Origin: Nitrospira sp.
Lineage (GTDB): Bacteria > Nitrospirota > Nitrospiria > Nitrospirales > Nitrospiraceae
Reading direction: 5' to 3'
Assembly (NCBI GenBank): GCA_005116835.1
Contig: SWDM01000012.1
Location: 36,454 to 100,453 of the forward strand
Length of the DNA stretch: 64,000 bases
Shown here: positions 29,309-38,319 of the stretch, one piece after another
Numbering within the stretch: position 1 is the stretch's first letter
How the letters are laid out: the number at the start of each line of letters is the position of its first letter
Translations under genes and position numbers: made by a program
Notes under the pieces: generated by a model
The model's database searches: none
The model's input: the letters and a program-made list of their open reading frames with translations, nothing else
What the model was told of the DNA's origin: nothing

Positions 29309-29563
29309 TCAGAGTCCCAAGTCTTTCAAAATGGCATCAAGCGATTGCGCACCCTGCTTGTGAGCTTGAGCCAAGGCTGCGCGGGCATCAACGAGATCGA
29401 TTCGATCTTCCAGAGCCTCCAGGAGCCTTAGGTCATCGAGTGGCACCACCGCAGCGACTGCACGGCCGCGCCTGCGCAGGAGAACACGTTCGTTGCCGAA
29501 TGCCGCACGGTTGATGGCATCCGCGAACCCCGCTCGTTCTTTATTACCTTCAGGATTTCCCAT
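29309..29563 (-). CDS. Type II antitoxin, Phd/YefM-like
   Basis: ERVLLRRRGRAVAAVVPLDDLRLLEALEDRIDL. Lies upstream of and adjacent to the toxin. Confidence 0.7.
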   Translation of the reverse strand: MGNPEGNKERAGFADAINRAAFGNERVLLRRRGRAVAAVVPLDDLRLLEALEDRIDLVDARAALAQAHKQGAQSLDAILKDLGL

Positions 29564-29768
29564 AGCGCGCCGTTACTGAGAGTGTTCGATTGAATGGACG
29601 GACAGATTGATTGTCTGCGCATGCTGTACAGGGGACAGGGAATAAAGTCAATCGACGAAAGAAGGTTGCATGGCCCATTTCATTTTGCCTGTAATTGGGG
29701 TATGAAGTGGGGGCGGCGATTGTGCCGAGGTGCGATTTTATTCATCAACCTATTAGAGGAGACGCTCA

Positions 29769-29867
29769 ATGGCTAAAGGTATGACACAGAAGAAGACAAC
29801 CAAAAAGAAGCCCGCCAAGTCGATGAAGGAAAAGCGCGCCGACAAGGTTGCCATGAGGCAGGGCTAA
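29769..29867 (+). CDS. Candidate 32-aa Lys-rich small protein (below the ORF-track cutoff)
   Basis: GAGGAG lies 7 nt upstream of ATG 29769. Peptide is MAKGMTQKKTTKKKPAKSMKEKRADKVAMRQG; a perfect hairpin follows downstream. Confidence 0.35.
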   Translation: MAKGMTQKKTTKKKPAKSMKEKRADKVAMRQG

Positions 29868-29920
29868 TCCCGCCCGCACGTCGACCGCTCTATCTCATTG
29901 AAGCGACACCCACTGAATCT

Positions 29921-29955
29921 ATCCACGTGCGTCGGTAGCAAGCTCGCACGTGGAT
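29921..29955 (+). other. Perfect 11-bp inverted repeat with 13-nt loop (possible terminator)
   Basis: atccacgtgcg (29921-29931) ... cgcacgtggat (29945-29955). No clear U-tract follows. Confidence 0.4.
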
Positions 29956-30091
29956 GGTTGGGGTTTCCCTTACCTGCCATGTGCATTTCTGGGGGTTATG
30001 CATGATGAGAATCATCCTTCGATAGCAGTTGCGCGCGTGGGACTGTGCCTCCGTGATCGGTATGAACCGGAGTGGCCTGCCGCATCCTGGA

Positions 30092-30397
30092 TTACGCGAT
30101 TGCGATAGTGCCTTCTGTGCGCAAATCCAGCTTTGAAAGCATCACGGGCGAGGATCCGGCTTCTTTCATTTTAGTTCCCAGACTGGTGGAGATGAGGATC
30201 TGCTGGATGTCTTCGGTGCTTCGATCGAGAAGAAAGTCGAAGCCAACGACCATGTAATGGAGGGGATGACCGTGCGGTGCATCGACACGAAAGACCTGCG
30301 CGCGGCTGGTGCCTTCCGGGAAGTCGGCAATATGGTGTTTGGGAAACTGCTGACGCAGGTAAAGACGGATCGCATCGAACTTGGCTATGTTGTCCAT
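30092..30397 (-). CDS. Hypothetical protein
   Basis: 101-aa ORF. No family recognised. Confidence 0.4.
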   Translation of the reverse strand: MDNIAKFDAIRLYLRQQFPKHHIADFPEGTSRAQVFRVDAPHGHPLHYMVVGFDFLLDRSTEDIQQILISTSLGTKMKEAGSSPVMLSKLDLRTEGTIAIA

Positions 30398-30612
30398 GTC
30401 CCTCTTGTGGGGCCTTCCCGATAATGATTGTTCCCTGCCCGACAGGACAGATTCTCACCGTGGCGCCCTGTTGACGATTCGCCACGTCATTATACGCTGT
30501 TAGTCTGTATAAAATCAGGAAGTGAGAAATAGTTTTCGGCGTCTGTCTCAGTCGAAGCTACAGATTGCGAGCATCTGTGGGGCTCCTCTGTGTATGGGGA
30601 CGACGGCGCAAG

Positions 30613-30789
30613 TCATTTTTTCCGGTACACGTTCAGTCCAACCTTCTCCTCGCGGTTGGGGATGGTGACATTCCCCTCCGTTGAAGCAATGATGATGGTT
30701 TTCCCAGATGCAGAAGGTCCAAAATCTTTGGTCAAATCGACCTTGATCGTCAATATTGTTCCCTCGACGGTCATCTCTACGTTTTTCAT
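30613..30789 (-). CDS. Candidate 58-aa small protein (below the ORF-track cutoff)
   Basis: ATG..TGA frame read by hand: MKNVEMTVEGTILTIKVDLTKDFGPSASGKTIIIASTEGNVTIPNREEKVGLNVYRKK. Non-repetitive, beta-strand-like composition. Confidence 0.4.
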   Translation of the reverse strand: MKNVEMTVEGTILTIKVDLTKDFGPSASGKTIIIASTEGNVTIPNREEKVGLNVYRKK

Positions 30790-30947
30790 AATGGTGGCCT
30801 TTCAGTGGTGGAGGGAGCGTGATGTCGCCCCGTCCGAATAATAATGGTGCAATCAGTAACTCGGGTAAGGGAGGAAGTCAACCTACGGAAGCGTGCGCCG
30901 GATGGTTTCTCAACTCAGAACTTCATCGCCCGTCCCGCCTTCCTCCA

Positions 30948-31388
30948 TCATCCTCCGGCGAACACCGGGCGGAAACCGGCCTTGGTCAAAATTCGCGCAA
31001 CCGTCTCGCGCTGGTCACCCTGGATCTCGATCCGTCCTTCCTTCAACGTGCCACCGGCGCCGCAGGCTTTCTGCATTTCTTGGGCGAGCGTCTCTTTTTC
31101 ATCCAGACCGATGCCGGTAAATCCAGTGACGACCGTTACGGTCTTGCCACCTCGGTGCGCAGTTTGACGAATGATATCGACTCGTCCACGGTTTTTCTTC
31201 CCCGCGATGCGTGGGCCATCGCTTGGGCCGGCATCGGACCGCATCTTCTCGGCAAGAGGTAGGTTTACCTTCTTTAGGACTGCGAAGGGACTGGTCCAGG
31301 CGATTGGGTCGCCGGTCGTGGGAATGCGTTTCTTTTCTTTCATCGCTGCACCCTCATCTGACGTGGGTAATGTATCCTGTCCCTGCAT
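30948..31388 (-). CDS. SUI1/eIF1-family translation initiation factor (YciH-like)
   Basis: GRGGKTVTVVTGF...LAQEMQKACGAGGTLKEGRIEIQGDQRE. ATG 31388 overlaps the yaeQ stop (TAATG). An alternative start at 31343 gives a protein closer to the 108-aa E. coli YciH. Confidence 0.75.
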   Translation of the reverse strand: MQGQDTLPTSDEGAAMKEKKRIPTTGDPIAWTSPFAVLKKVNLPLAEKMRSDAGPSDGPRIAGKKNRGRVDIIRQTAHRGGKTVTVVTGFTGIGLDEKETLAQEMQKACGAGGTLKEGRIEIQGDQRETVARILTKAGFRPVFAGG

Positions 31389-31948
31389 TACCGTCTAAAG
31401 GGGACAGAAGCATTTTTCAAAACCGCTAATTCCAAATGCGCGCGATTCTCTCCTGTAGCCATCCAAACCTGTCCTTCTTGCACCGTGCATTCCAGCTGCA
31501 TGCTGGATTGCGCGAGCGCGGCTAAGGCGCGGCTCCCAGCTACGGGAAGATTCAGCACGGACAGATTGTTCAGCCGATCGAGTGCAGCCTGGTTTTTCTC
31601 CCACCACTGCTCTGCGCCACGGCCGCCGTAGGTATAGAGATACACCTGTTTCGCGCGACCACAGGCCCGTCGAACTGTTTTCTCCTCCGGTTGGCCCACC
31701 TCGATCCAGAGGTCGATGGCGCCGGTCAAATCCTTGAGCCAGAGCGCGGGCTCTTCTTCGGCGCTTACCCCGCGTCCAAACGACAAGGCCTCATGTGCGT
31801 GCAGCGCAAAGGCCAGCAGGCGCACCATCATGCGTTCATCGGTTTCAGATGGATGCCGGGCCAAGGTGAGGGCATGGTCCTGATAGTATTGGCGGTCCAT
31901 GTCGGAGACCTGCAGCGTCGCTTTGTATATGGTGGCGTTTGAGGCCAT
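31388..31948 (-). CDS. yaeQ: YaeQ family protein
   Basis: TIYKATLQVSDMDRQYYQDHALTLARHPSETDERMMVRLLAFAL, the family-typical N-terminus. Confidence 0.85.
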   Translation of the reverse strand: MASNATIYKATLQVSDMDRQYYQDHALTLARHPSETDERMMVRLLAFALHAHEALSFGRGVSAEEEPALWLKDLTGAIDLWIEVGQPEEKTVRRACGRAKQVYLYTYGGRGAEQWWEKNQAALDRLNNLSVLNLPVAGSRALAALAQSSMQLECTVQEGQVWMATGENRAHLELAVLKNASVPFRR

Positions 31949-32006
31949 GGAGTTATGGTTCCCGTATTCCGTAAAAGCTCAGGTGGATACAGCCTACATC
32001 GATCGT

Positions 32007-32228
32007 TCACACGTCTTTATATGCGATGTACCACCCTTCGACTCGTTCCCGCGCCCAGGGTGTCTTTCGGAGAAACGTGAGGCTGGATTTTACGCTCGGA
32101 TCGTGGAGGAAACAGCGGATGGGAACCCGGCGTCCCATCTCGGCCCAGCCATATCGCTCAACCAGTTCCTTGATGATGGATTCAAGTGTGATCCCGTGCA
32201 GCGGATCGCGGGGATGGGCGGAACTCAT
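32007..32228 (-). CDS. VF530-family (DUF2132) DNA-binding protein
   Basis: [21 protein letters not shown]...[13 protein letters not shown]. Confidence 0.75.
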   Translation of the reverse strand: MSSAHPRDPLHGITLESIIKELVERYGWAEMGRRVPIRCFLHDPSVKSSLTFLRKTPWARERVEGWYIAYKDV

Positions 32229-32407
32229 GAGCGAATGGCGAATGGCATATGGTTAAGGGATGCAATCGAGGTTCTGCCGTATGGGTAGGCATCATGCACG
32301 AAGGAGCAGCACCTGGTCTATAGCGACGGCCAGGGTAAGAATCGTGAGATGTGCAGATTCCCACTTTGTCGCACCGGAATCACCCGTGACTGGCCAGACC
32401 AAACATA

Positions 32408-32534
32408 GCAGGATGCTCAAAAAGGTCGCCCAGCAAGGCCGCACCTCCTCGGCAGCCCCTCGTTTCACGTTTCACGTCTCACGTTTAACGGTCCCTAAGC
32501 GAGAACGCCGCTGGCGGACTTTTTCAGCATCCTG
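32408..32534 (-). repeat. PE copy D (type 2 core, minus orientation)
   Basis: On the minus strand it reads caggatgctgaaaaagtccgccagc...cgtgagacgtgaaacgtgaaacg...gcggccttgctgggcgacctttttgagcatcctgc. Abuts the TAA (32535-32537) of the minus-strand yajD. Confidence 0.8.
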
Positions 32535-32864
32535 TTAGGTCTTCCGCTTGAGCAAGCTCTGGAGTTGGGCAAAGGGAGTGAAGGTCGAGGGTTGATCTTG
32601 CTCTCGGTCAGGCGCCGGCTCGTCGGATGGGTGGGGCACCTGATGCCGCTGGTGCTCATTGTCGTGGCAGTACAGACAGAGCAATTCCCAATTGCTACCG
32701 TCCGGCGGATTATTGTCATGGTCGTGGTCTTTGTGATGGACCGTGAGTTGACTCAGCTTCTTACCGTCAAACTCACGCCCGCAGTGTCCACAGATCCAGG
32801 GAAACATTTTGAGTGCGCGTTCCCGGTAGGTCTGTTGCAGCTTTACCTGGGTGTTCCGTGCCAT
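32535..32864 (-). CDS. yajD: YajD-family HNH nuclease
   Basis: CGHCGR...LTVHHKDHDHDNNPPDGSNWELLCLYCHDNEH. Confidence 0.8.
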   Translation of the reverse strand: MARNTQVKLQQTYRERALKMFPWICGHCGREFDGKKLSQLTVHHKDHDHDNNPPDGSNWELLCLYCHDNEHQRHQVPHPSDEPAPDREQDQPSTFTPFAQLQSLLKRKT

Positions 32865-33032
32865 GTGCGCCTCGGAAAGAATTGGGGCGAACTACTGAGC
32901 GATTCTACATTAAGTTCCAGCGAGATGCTCTTAAAGACTGTCCAATGATCCGTGATATGTTTCGGAGGAAGAGCCCGCAGCAGTCCTACGTTTTACCTTT
33001 CACGTCTTACCTTTTACGGTTTTTGAGCGAAG

Positions 33033-33347
33033 CTAAATGAGCTGAGTGCAAGGCCAACAAAATACCCGGATCGCCGGCTTGATCCATCCAGCCTGTTCTG
33101 CCTCTGTGCACCAGGCTTTGACCGCGTCTGCGACCTTGTCGCGTCTTTCTGGTTCGAGTGATGTCAGGATCACACTGTTTCCTCCTGCATAGAAAGACAC
33201 CCCTTCAGTCGATCCCGATTGCCCTGTCCCAATCGTCTGAGGAATTTCGGTGTAGGCCGTCACTCCACATGTTCGTAACAGCTCATGTACGCGTTCTTTC
33301 AGGGCAGCGCGAAAGACGATCATCAACATATCCATAGATGGCTCCAA
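33033..33347 (-). CDS. Small P-II-fold-like protein (PG0541-like), function unknown
   Basis: MLMIVFRAALKERVHELLRTCGVTAYTEIPQTIGTGQSG... resembles small GlnB-fold accessory proteins. Weak assignment. Confidence 0.45.
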   Translation of the reverse strand: MEPSMDMLMIVFRAALKERVHELLRTCGVTAYTEIPQTIGTGQSGSTEGVSFYAGGNSVILTSLEPERRDKVADAVKAWCTEAEQAGWIKPAIRVFCWPCTQLI

Positions 33348-33495
33348 ACAGTGTGAGTGTGGAATATAGCAGGTTCACGACCGACCTTGGAAGTCGGGAC
33401 GAGACCTGGTACTGGTATGATTTCAAAAAGATGCCCCCGTTGACCTCATTATCTGTTCCTGCGAAGCTTCGCACCCTCAACCAAGGGGGTGTCTT

Positions 33496-34110
33496 ATGGT
33501 CAGATGTCATAATTGCGGATTGTTGGCGATATGGAACAGTGTTGACTTAGTGCTCCTAGAAGCTCCCGAACACTTCAGGCGGGAGGGCGAATTAGTAAAT
33601 CATCATAACAGCATGAATACGTGCGCTCCCAAATGCTTTATCAGGAAAGCAGATCTAGAGAATGAGGTTTTGACAGATCATGAGCTTAAGCACCTATTTA
33701 ATCTCAGTGATGGCATCAAGCGTGTCATACAGCAGGAACGGTCGTGTGATGGATTTACTCCTTGGCTGCAAGGGTTCCATCCAAAGGAGCACACGGAAAT
33801 GTTATTAAACCAAGAAACTCTAGAGCGTCAAAGACGCTCTGCCAACCGTAGTTTGATGGTTGCTACTCTGGCAGCAGTGGGTACAGTTATCGGCGTAGTG
33901 GTTGGTGCATTTATTAACAACAATTCAGCTCATCTTGGAGCAGAGGCCACAATAAAAGCTGCCCAAATGCAAATAGAGGCTCAGATGGAGAGGAGTAGGC
34001 AGGCACAACCGATCAATGTCACCATCCAGATGCCAGAAATAAAACAACCTATTGCAGCGCAACCAATTCCTCCAAAGATCACACATGGTCAGAAACCCCC
34101 GCAGCCATAG
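33496..34110 (+). CDS. Hypothetical Cys-rich, single-TM protein; 3' end probably altered by an IS fragment
   Basis: CHNCG...CAPKC N-terminus and TM helix MVATLAAVGTVIGVVVGAFI. AT-rich codon usage; the last 30 nt overlap the transposase fragment. Confidence 0.4.
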   Translation: MVRCHNCGLLAIWNSVDLVLLEAPEHFRREGELVNHHNSMNTCAPKCFIRKADLENEVLTDHELKHLFNLSDGIKRVIQQERSCDGFTPWLQGFHPKEHTEMLLNQETLERQRRSANRSLMVATLAAVGTVIGVVVGAFINNNSAHLGAEATIKAAQMQIEAQMERSRQAQPINVTIQMPEIKQPIAAQPIPPKITHGQKPPQP

Positions 34111-34381
34111 CTGGAGTTACTCTCAGGGCCTGATTGATTCGCGCAAAGTTGTACCGCATGAATGTGATATTCAGAAAATGAATGTGGTTCGCTACTTTCT
34201 TGGAGTGCGCATTCGTGAGGCGGGTAAAGCGCCGGTTCATCATGCGGATGGTGAGATTCATACGCTCCGCATAGCTGGTGGAAACGTGCTGGCTATCGGG
34301 GTTGCCCATAATTCGATGTGTGCGAGTTCCGCAGCATTCAGCCGCGGACGTCCAAGATGGGGTCAGTTCTTGACTTTGCAC
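34079..34381 (-). pseudogene. DDE transposase C-terminal fragment (IS1-family-like)
   Basis: ...STSYAERMNLTIRMMNRRFTRLTNAHSKKVANHIHFLNITFMRYNFARINQALRVTPAMAAGVSDHV. Only about 75 residues of a protein expected to be over 200 aa. Confidence 0.5.
34359..34381. repeat. Left copy of the 23-bp inverted repeat bracketing the Y1 transposase gene
   Basis: ggggtcagttcttgactttgcac is the reverse complement (22 of 23 nt) of 35331-35353. Confidence 0.7.
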
Positions 34382-35305
34382 GTTTGGAACGCTTGGATTT
34401 GTGCCGGAGTGAGTTGGCGGTCCTCCACGTCGCGCTGAATTTTCGAGATACGCGAAGGCGAAATGCGAAAGCGAATGGCCACCGTCTGCAACGGTTCATT
34501 CGCCGCGCGCCGTAACAGATGGACAGCGGTTTGGTAGGCCTCGCGATGTGAGCGATCGAGAAGGGCGCCCAAACGGACTCGATAAGCGGCGGCGACCTGC
34601 TTGAGCACCTCGTCGGCAGAAAGTCGGGTAGGACGGCCCTGTGCTGACGGGACATTCACCAGAGACTTGCCGCGCACCACGCGGTCGATCCGCTCCAGAA
34701 ATTCTGGACTGCCAAGGTAAATCTGACCGATTACGTCTCTCCACGGCGAGGGTTGATTCGCTCCGTCCGCGACGAATCGGCGGTAGGCCGCTTGTGCTGT
34801 TGAGGCTGAGTGATCGAAGAGGGTGAGCAACGACGGCACATCGAGCCAGTCCGGTATCTCCTGCAATCCGGCTGTTGCGCGATAGCTGCTCCACACCCAC
34901 TCGCTCGTGTCTCCTACGAGTCCGGCCCGCACAGGATTCAACACAACATAGCGACACAGCTCAAGCAGGTAGCTCTCCTTTTCCACCAACAGACTTTTGA
35001 AGCGGCCCTGCAGGAGATGGCCGACCCGCCTGATGCCGACGATTGAACCATTGCGTATAGGTGCCATGGAGTCGTTTCAGACCACGGCTTAGGTTGGGCT
35101 CGGGGGTTTCTATTACCAGGTGATAGTGATTTCCCATCAAGCAGTAGACGTAACAGCGCCACTGCTGTTGCTGCACTTCACGGCCCAGGAGCCAGAGGAA
35201 GTGGCGGCGGTCCCCATCATCCAGAAAAATGGCTTGTTGCGCATTGCCTCGGGCGGTGACGTGATAGAGTGCGCCGGGAAATTCCAAGCGAAGAGGACGA
35301 GCCAT
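34363..35305 (-). pseudogene. HUH/Y1 (IS200-like, RAYT-type) transposase with DnaA-C-like HTH tail, frameshifted
   Basis: LRLEFPGALYHVTARGN...GNHYHLVIET...TQWFNRRHQ | RVGHLLQGRFKSLLVEKESYLLEL...NPVRAGL. The two frames join with one extra G in caGGcgggtc on the minus strand (about 35029-35034). Confidence 0.75.
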
Positions 35306-35330
35306 GAGGTGGGTCGATAGGTGCGGTGGG

Positions 35331-35353
35331 GTGCAAAGTCAAGAACCGACCCC
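35331..35353. repeat. Right copy of the 23-bp inverted repeat bracketing the Y1 transposase gene
   Basis: gtgcaaagtcaagaaccgacccc. Its 3' part plus the following gtgttttc recurs as a direct repeat at 36309-36326. Confidence 0.7.
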
Positions 35354-35361
35354 GTGTTTTC

Positions 35362-36308
35362 TTGCGACATTTTAAAAAAAGCCGCGGTGTTCTTTGCCAA
35401 GGAGTCGCGGTGAAGTACCGGTTCATGCAGACGCATCAGTGGGAGTTTCGTGTGACGCGAATGTGTCAGGTACTTCGGGTTAGCCGGAGTGGGTTCTATG
35501 CCTGGCAGCATCAGGGGGGCGTGTGCACGGGCGCAGGCGAATCAAGCGCTCATAGATCGGATGCGGGTGCTTCATCAGCAGACGCGGGCTGCCTACGGAG
35601 CGCGCAAGATGTGGCAACTGCTGACGCGCGAAGGCCTGGTCTGTGGGCGACACCGCGTGGCGCGACTGCGGCGGCTGGCCGGCATTGTGGCGTTGCGCCG
35701 CCAGCGCTATATTCGCACCGTGCAGGTGCGCCAGCACGAGACGCCACCGATCCTGAATCGTCTTGACCAGCAGTTTACCGTGTCGGCTAAGAATCGGGTA
35801 TGGGCCGGAGATCTGACGTTCGTGCCGACCCGCACGGGCTGGCTCACCGTGGCAGTGTTACTGGATCTCTACTCGCGGCGGGTCGTGGGGTGGGCCATGA
35901 GTCCGCGCCAAACGCTCTCAGTCGTCGTAGAGGTGTGGTGGATGGCCTGGCGGCGGCGCCACCCAGCACCGGGACTGATACATCATAGCGACCAAGGCAA
36001 TCAGTATCGTGTGACGCTGTATCAGACGCTCTTAGCCCGTCGCGGGGTGGTCGTCAGCATGAGTCGGAAGGGCAACTGTTATGACAATGCTCCCGTGGAA
36101 AGCTTCTTCAGTTCGCTGAAGAACGAGTTGGTGCACCATCGGCAGTTTCAGAATCAGGCGGAGGCCCAGGTGGCGATTGTGGAGTATATTGAACGGTTCT
36201 ATAACCGGCAGCGCTTGCATCAGGCGCTGGGCTATCGCAGTCCAGAAGAGTTCGAGCGGCAGGAGCCTGACTCTCAATTCACGTGTCTGTTATTCCGGGG
36301 CCACCTCA
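35362..36308 (+). mobile_element. IS3-family remnant: orfA reduced to its last 15 codons, orfB frameshifted
   Basis: DILKKAAVFFAKESR(stop) with an A7G slippery run at 35374-35381. orfB has ...VTRMCQVLRVSRSGFYAW | ...ARAQANQALIDRM...DLTFV...HSDQGNQY...NCYDNAPVESFF (DDE). The frame break is in the G6 run at 35514-35519. Confidence 0.75.
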
Positions 36309-36428
36309 AACTGACCCCGTGTTTTCGCACCGTAAACGGAGAGGGTCTAGCTTATATCATACCGAGCAATCCTGAAAAGACTTCCGCCCGTGTGTCTCAC
36401 AATAACTTTAACCAGTAAGGAGTCGAAA

Positions 36429-36680
36429 ATGACACCAATGCTAGACGGCAATAGTGCAACGGTCGAGGATATTCATCAAGCCCTAGGGAATCAGAGTATG
36501 TCTCCCGTGTGGAGAAGCAGCATGACAAGTTTTTACACGATGCCAGAATTGACAAATTGGGTTACTCAAGGATTAACCCGGCTTGGGGTTAACGCGGATC
36601 GTGCAAAGGTTTCTTTCATCATCGGGGCTGATCAAAGTGGGAAGCCATGGTATGGCGCGCTAATTTTTTGGTTGGGGTAA
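36429..36680 (+). CDS. Hypothetical small protein
   Basis: AAGGAG lies 6 nt upstream of ATG 36429. 83 aa, AT-rich. No family recognised. Confidence 0.4.
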   Translation: MTPMLDGNSATVEDIHQALGNQSMSPVWRSSMTSFYTMPELTNWVTQGLTRLGVNADRAKVSFIIGADQSGKPWYGALIFWLG

Positions 36681-36786
36681 TTATTGGGGGTAACGTGTTT
36701 CAGAAATAAGACTGCATCGAGCAATTTAAGTAAGGTACTGGCTTCATTGTCTCTACGATGAGGTGCATGGGTTGCACCATCTATCC

Positions 36787-38307
36787 TCACTTTGGCAATG
36801 AAACTCTCATTTCCGCCGTGACCCCTATCTGATTCGCTTCCGCAGTGCCATTTGAGGGAATAACTGACGTCTTCACGATATCGGGGTTGATCCGATGCTC
36901 TCTGAGCGCCGCTTGGATTCTAATAAGCCGAGTTGTTGCCATTGCCACATTTTCTTGGCCATAAGCCACCAGGCGGATCTCTACAATATTTTCAGGCTTC
37001 AGGGATTGAAGAAACGTGTTCAGCGGTTTCGGCGGTCGATCTTCTTCATTCTGATAGTCTAATCGTATGGACTGTTTTTTTGTAGGCCTCAGCGCTAGAT
37101 GTTTGGATGCGATATAGCCCGTCATGCCATTTTTACGCCGGGCTAAAGTCCACTCAGCGGCCTCACTAGGAGGAGGTAAGAATGCGTCTAGCTCGACGCC
37201 TCGATTGAAGGTTGCAAGGACTTGCCCACTTGAGGATGCCGATTGTCTGAACTTTACCGCGTCACCTGCGACCATGACCTGCCGGAAAGACTCTTGCAGT
37301 GATGCCAAGGACCGACTTCTATTTTTACCAGACCGAGCTTTTTCCGAATAATATCCGGCGGGATATGAGTCGATATATGTTTTATACTGATCTGGCCCAG
37401 CCGTAGAGGAATCTATTGTGTCCCATACTTTTTTTTCTTCATTAAATGTTTGAATGGTTGGCGAGAAATAAAACTCTGCACCGCCCTTATTAAGGTATAT
37501 GGGGTCTTGTTTCTGGTCATCGGAGACACCTTCGTTAAGTCGCTTGAAATACTTTGAAACATTACCGAATGTCTTGGCAATTGGCTCATTCTTTAGCTTC
37601 ATGGATTCTGCTAGCGCTTCAGCGTATGGGCTGTTATTTCTATTGCCATCTTTAGCCTTCTGGCCTACGTCTGCGGAGGTAGCAAAGGAAATGTCGGGTG
37701 GTCCTTTGAAGCGTATCCCTGCCGTGACCTCTACAATCTCACTCTTTCCAAGAGTGGGAAGCTTCCCTAAACCTGGATCCCTACACGCATCCAGAATAAC
37801 AATGTGATATACGTCTGGCATTGCTGCTAGGGCATCAGAGAGTAGATCCATCGGGAGGAGCTCTTCTCTGATATCCCGGCTATATAGTGCCATTCCATCA
37901 TAGGGAACGAGATAATCACTGCCGCTATATGAAAGGCCATGTCCGGCAAAGTAGATTAGACTTGTACCGCCTGTTTGTTTCACATGCAGAACATAGTCAT
38001 ACAAAACCCTCTTAAATGTCTGACGAGTTAACGGTGTTTGATCGCTTTTTGGAAAAACGTCAAAGCCAAGGCCTTGAAGAACGGTGGTGATCAACTGCAC
38101 ATCTTTCGTTGCATTAGGTAAGCGAGGGAATGTGGCTTCACCGTAGGTCGAGATACCAATCACTAGGGCTGATCGCGGAGCAAGTTGCGCACCGTCCATG
38201 CCCTTGAAGTAGAATTCTTCTTCAGCGACGGCGACACCTAGTATCCCAATACCCCAGGTACACGCCATAGCTACTTCGAATACGGCCTTTCCCAATAAAT
38301 TGAACAT
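36787..38307 (-). CDS. Caspase-family (peptidase C14) protein with N-terminal signal/anchor and SH3b-like C-terminal region
   Basis: Catalytic dyad contexts IYFAGHGLS and IVILDACRD. Hydrophobic N-terminus, then a later ...GDAVKFRQSASSSGQVLATFNRGVELD...MTGYIASKHL SH3b-like segment. Confidence 0.8.
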   Translation of the reverse strand: MFNLLGKAVFEVAMACTWGIGILGVAVAEEEFYFKGMDGAQLAPRSALVIGISTYGEATFPRLPNATKDVQLITTVLQGLGFDVFPKSDQTPLTRQTFKRVLYDYVLHVKQTGGTSLIYFAGHGLSYSGSDYLVPYDGMALYSRDIREELLPMDLLSDALAAMPDVYHIVILDACRDPGLGKLPTLGKSEIVEVTAGIRFKGPPDISFATSADVGQKAKDGNRNNSPYAEALAESMKLKNEPIAKTFGNVSKYFKRLNEGVSDDQKQDPIYLNKGGAEFYFSPTIQTFNEEKKVWDTIDSSTAGPDQYKTYIDSYPAGYYSEKARSGKNRSRSLASLQESFRQVMVAGDAVKFRQSASSSGQVLATFNRGVELDAFLPPPSEAAEWTLARRKNGMTGYIASKHLALRPTKKQSIRLDYQNEEDRPPKPLNTFLQSLKPENIVEIRLVAYGQENVAMATTRLIRIQAALREHRINPDIVKTSVIPSNGTAEANQIGVTAEMRVSLPK

Positions 38308-38319
38308 GGAAAGCCTCCA

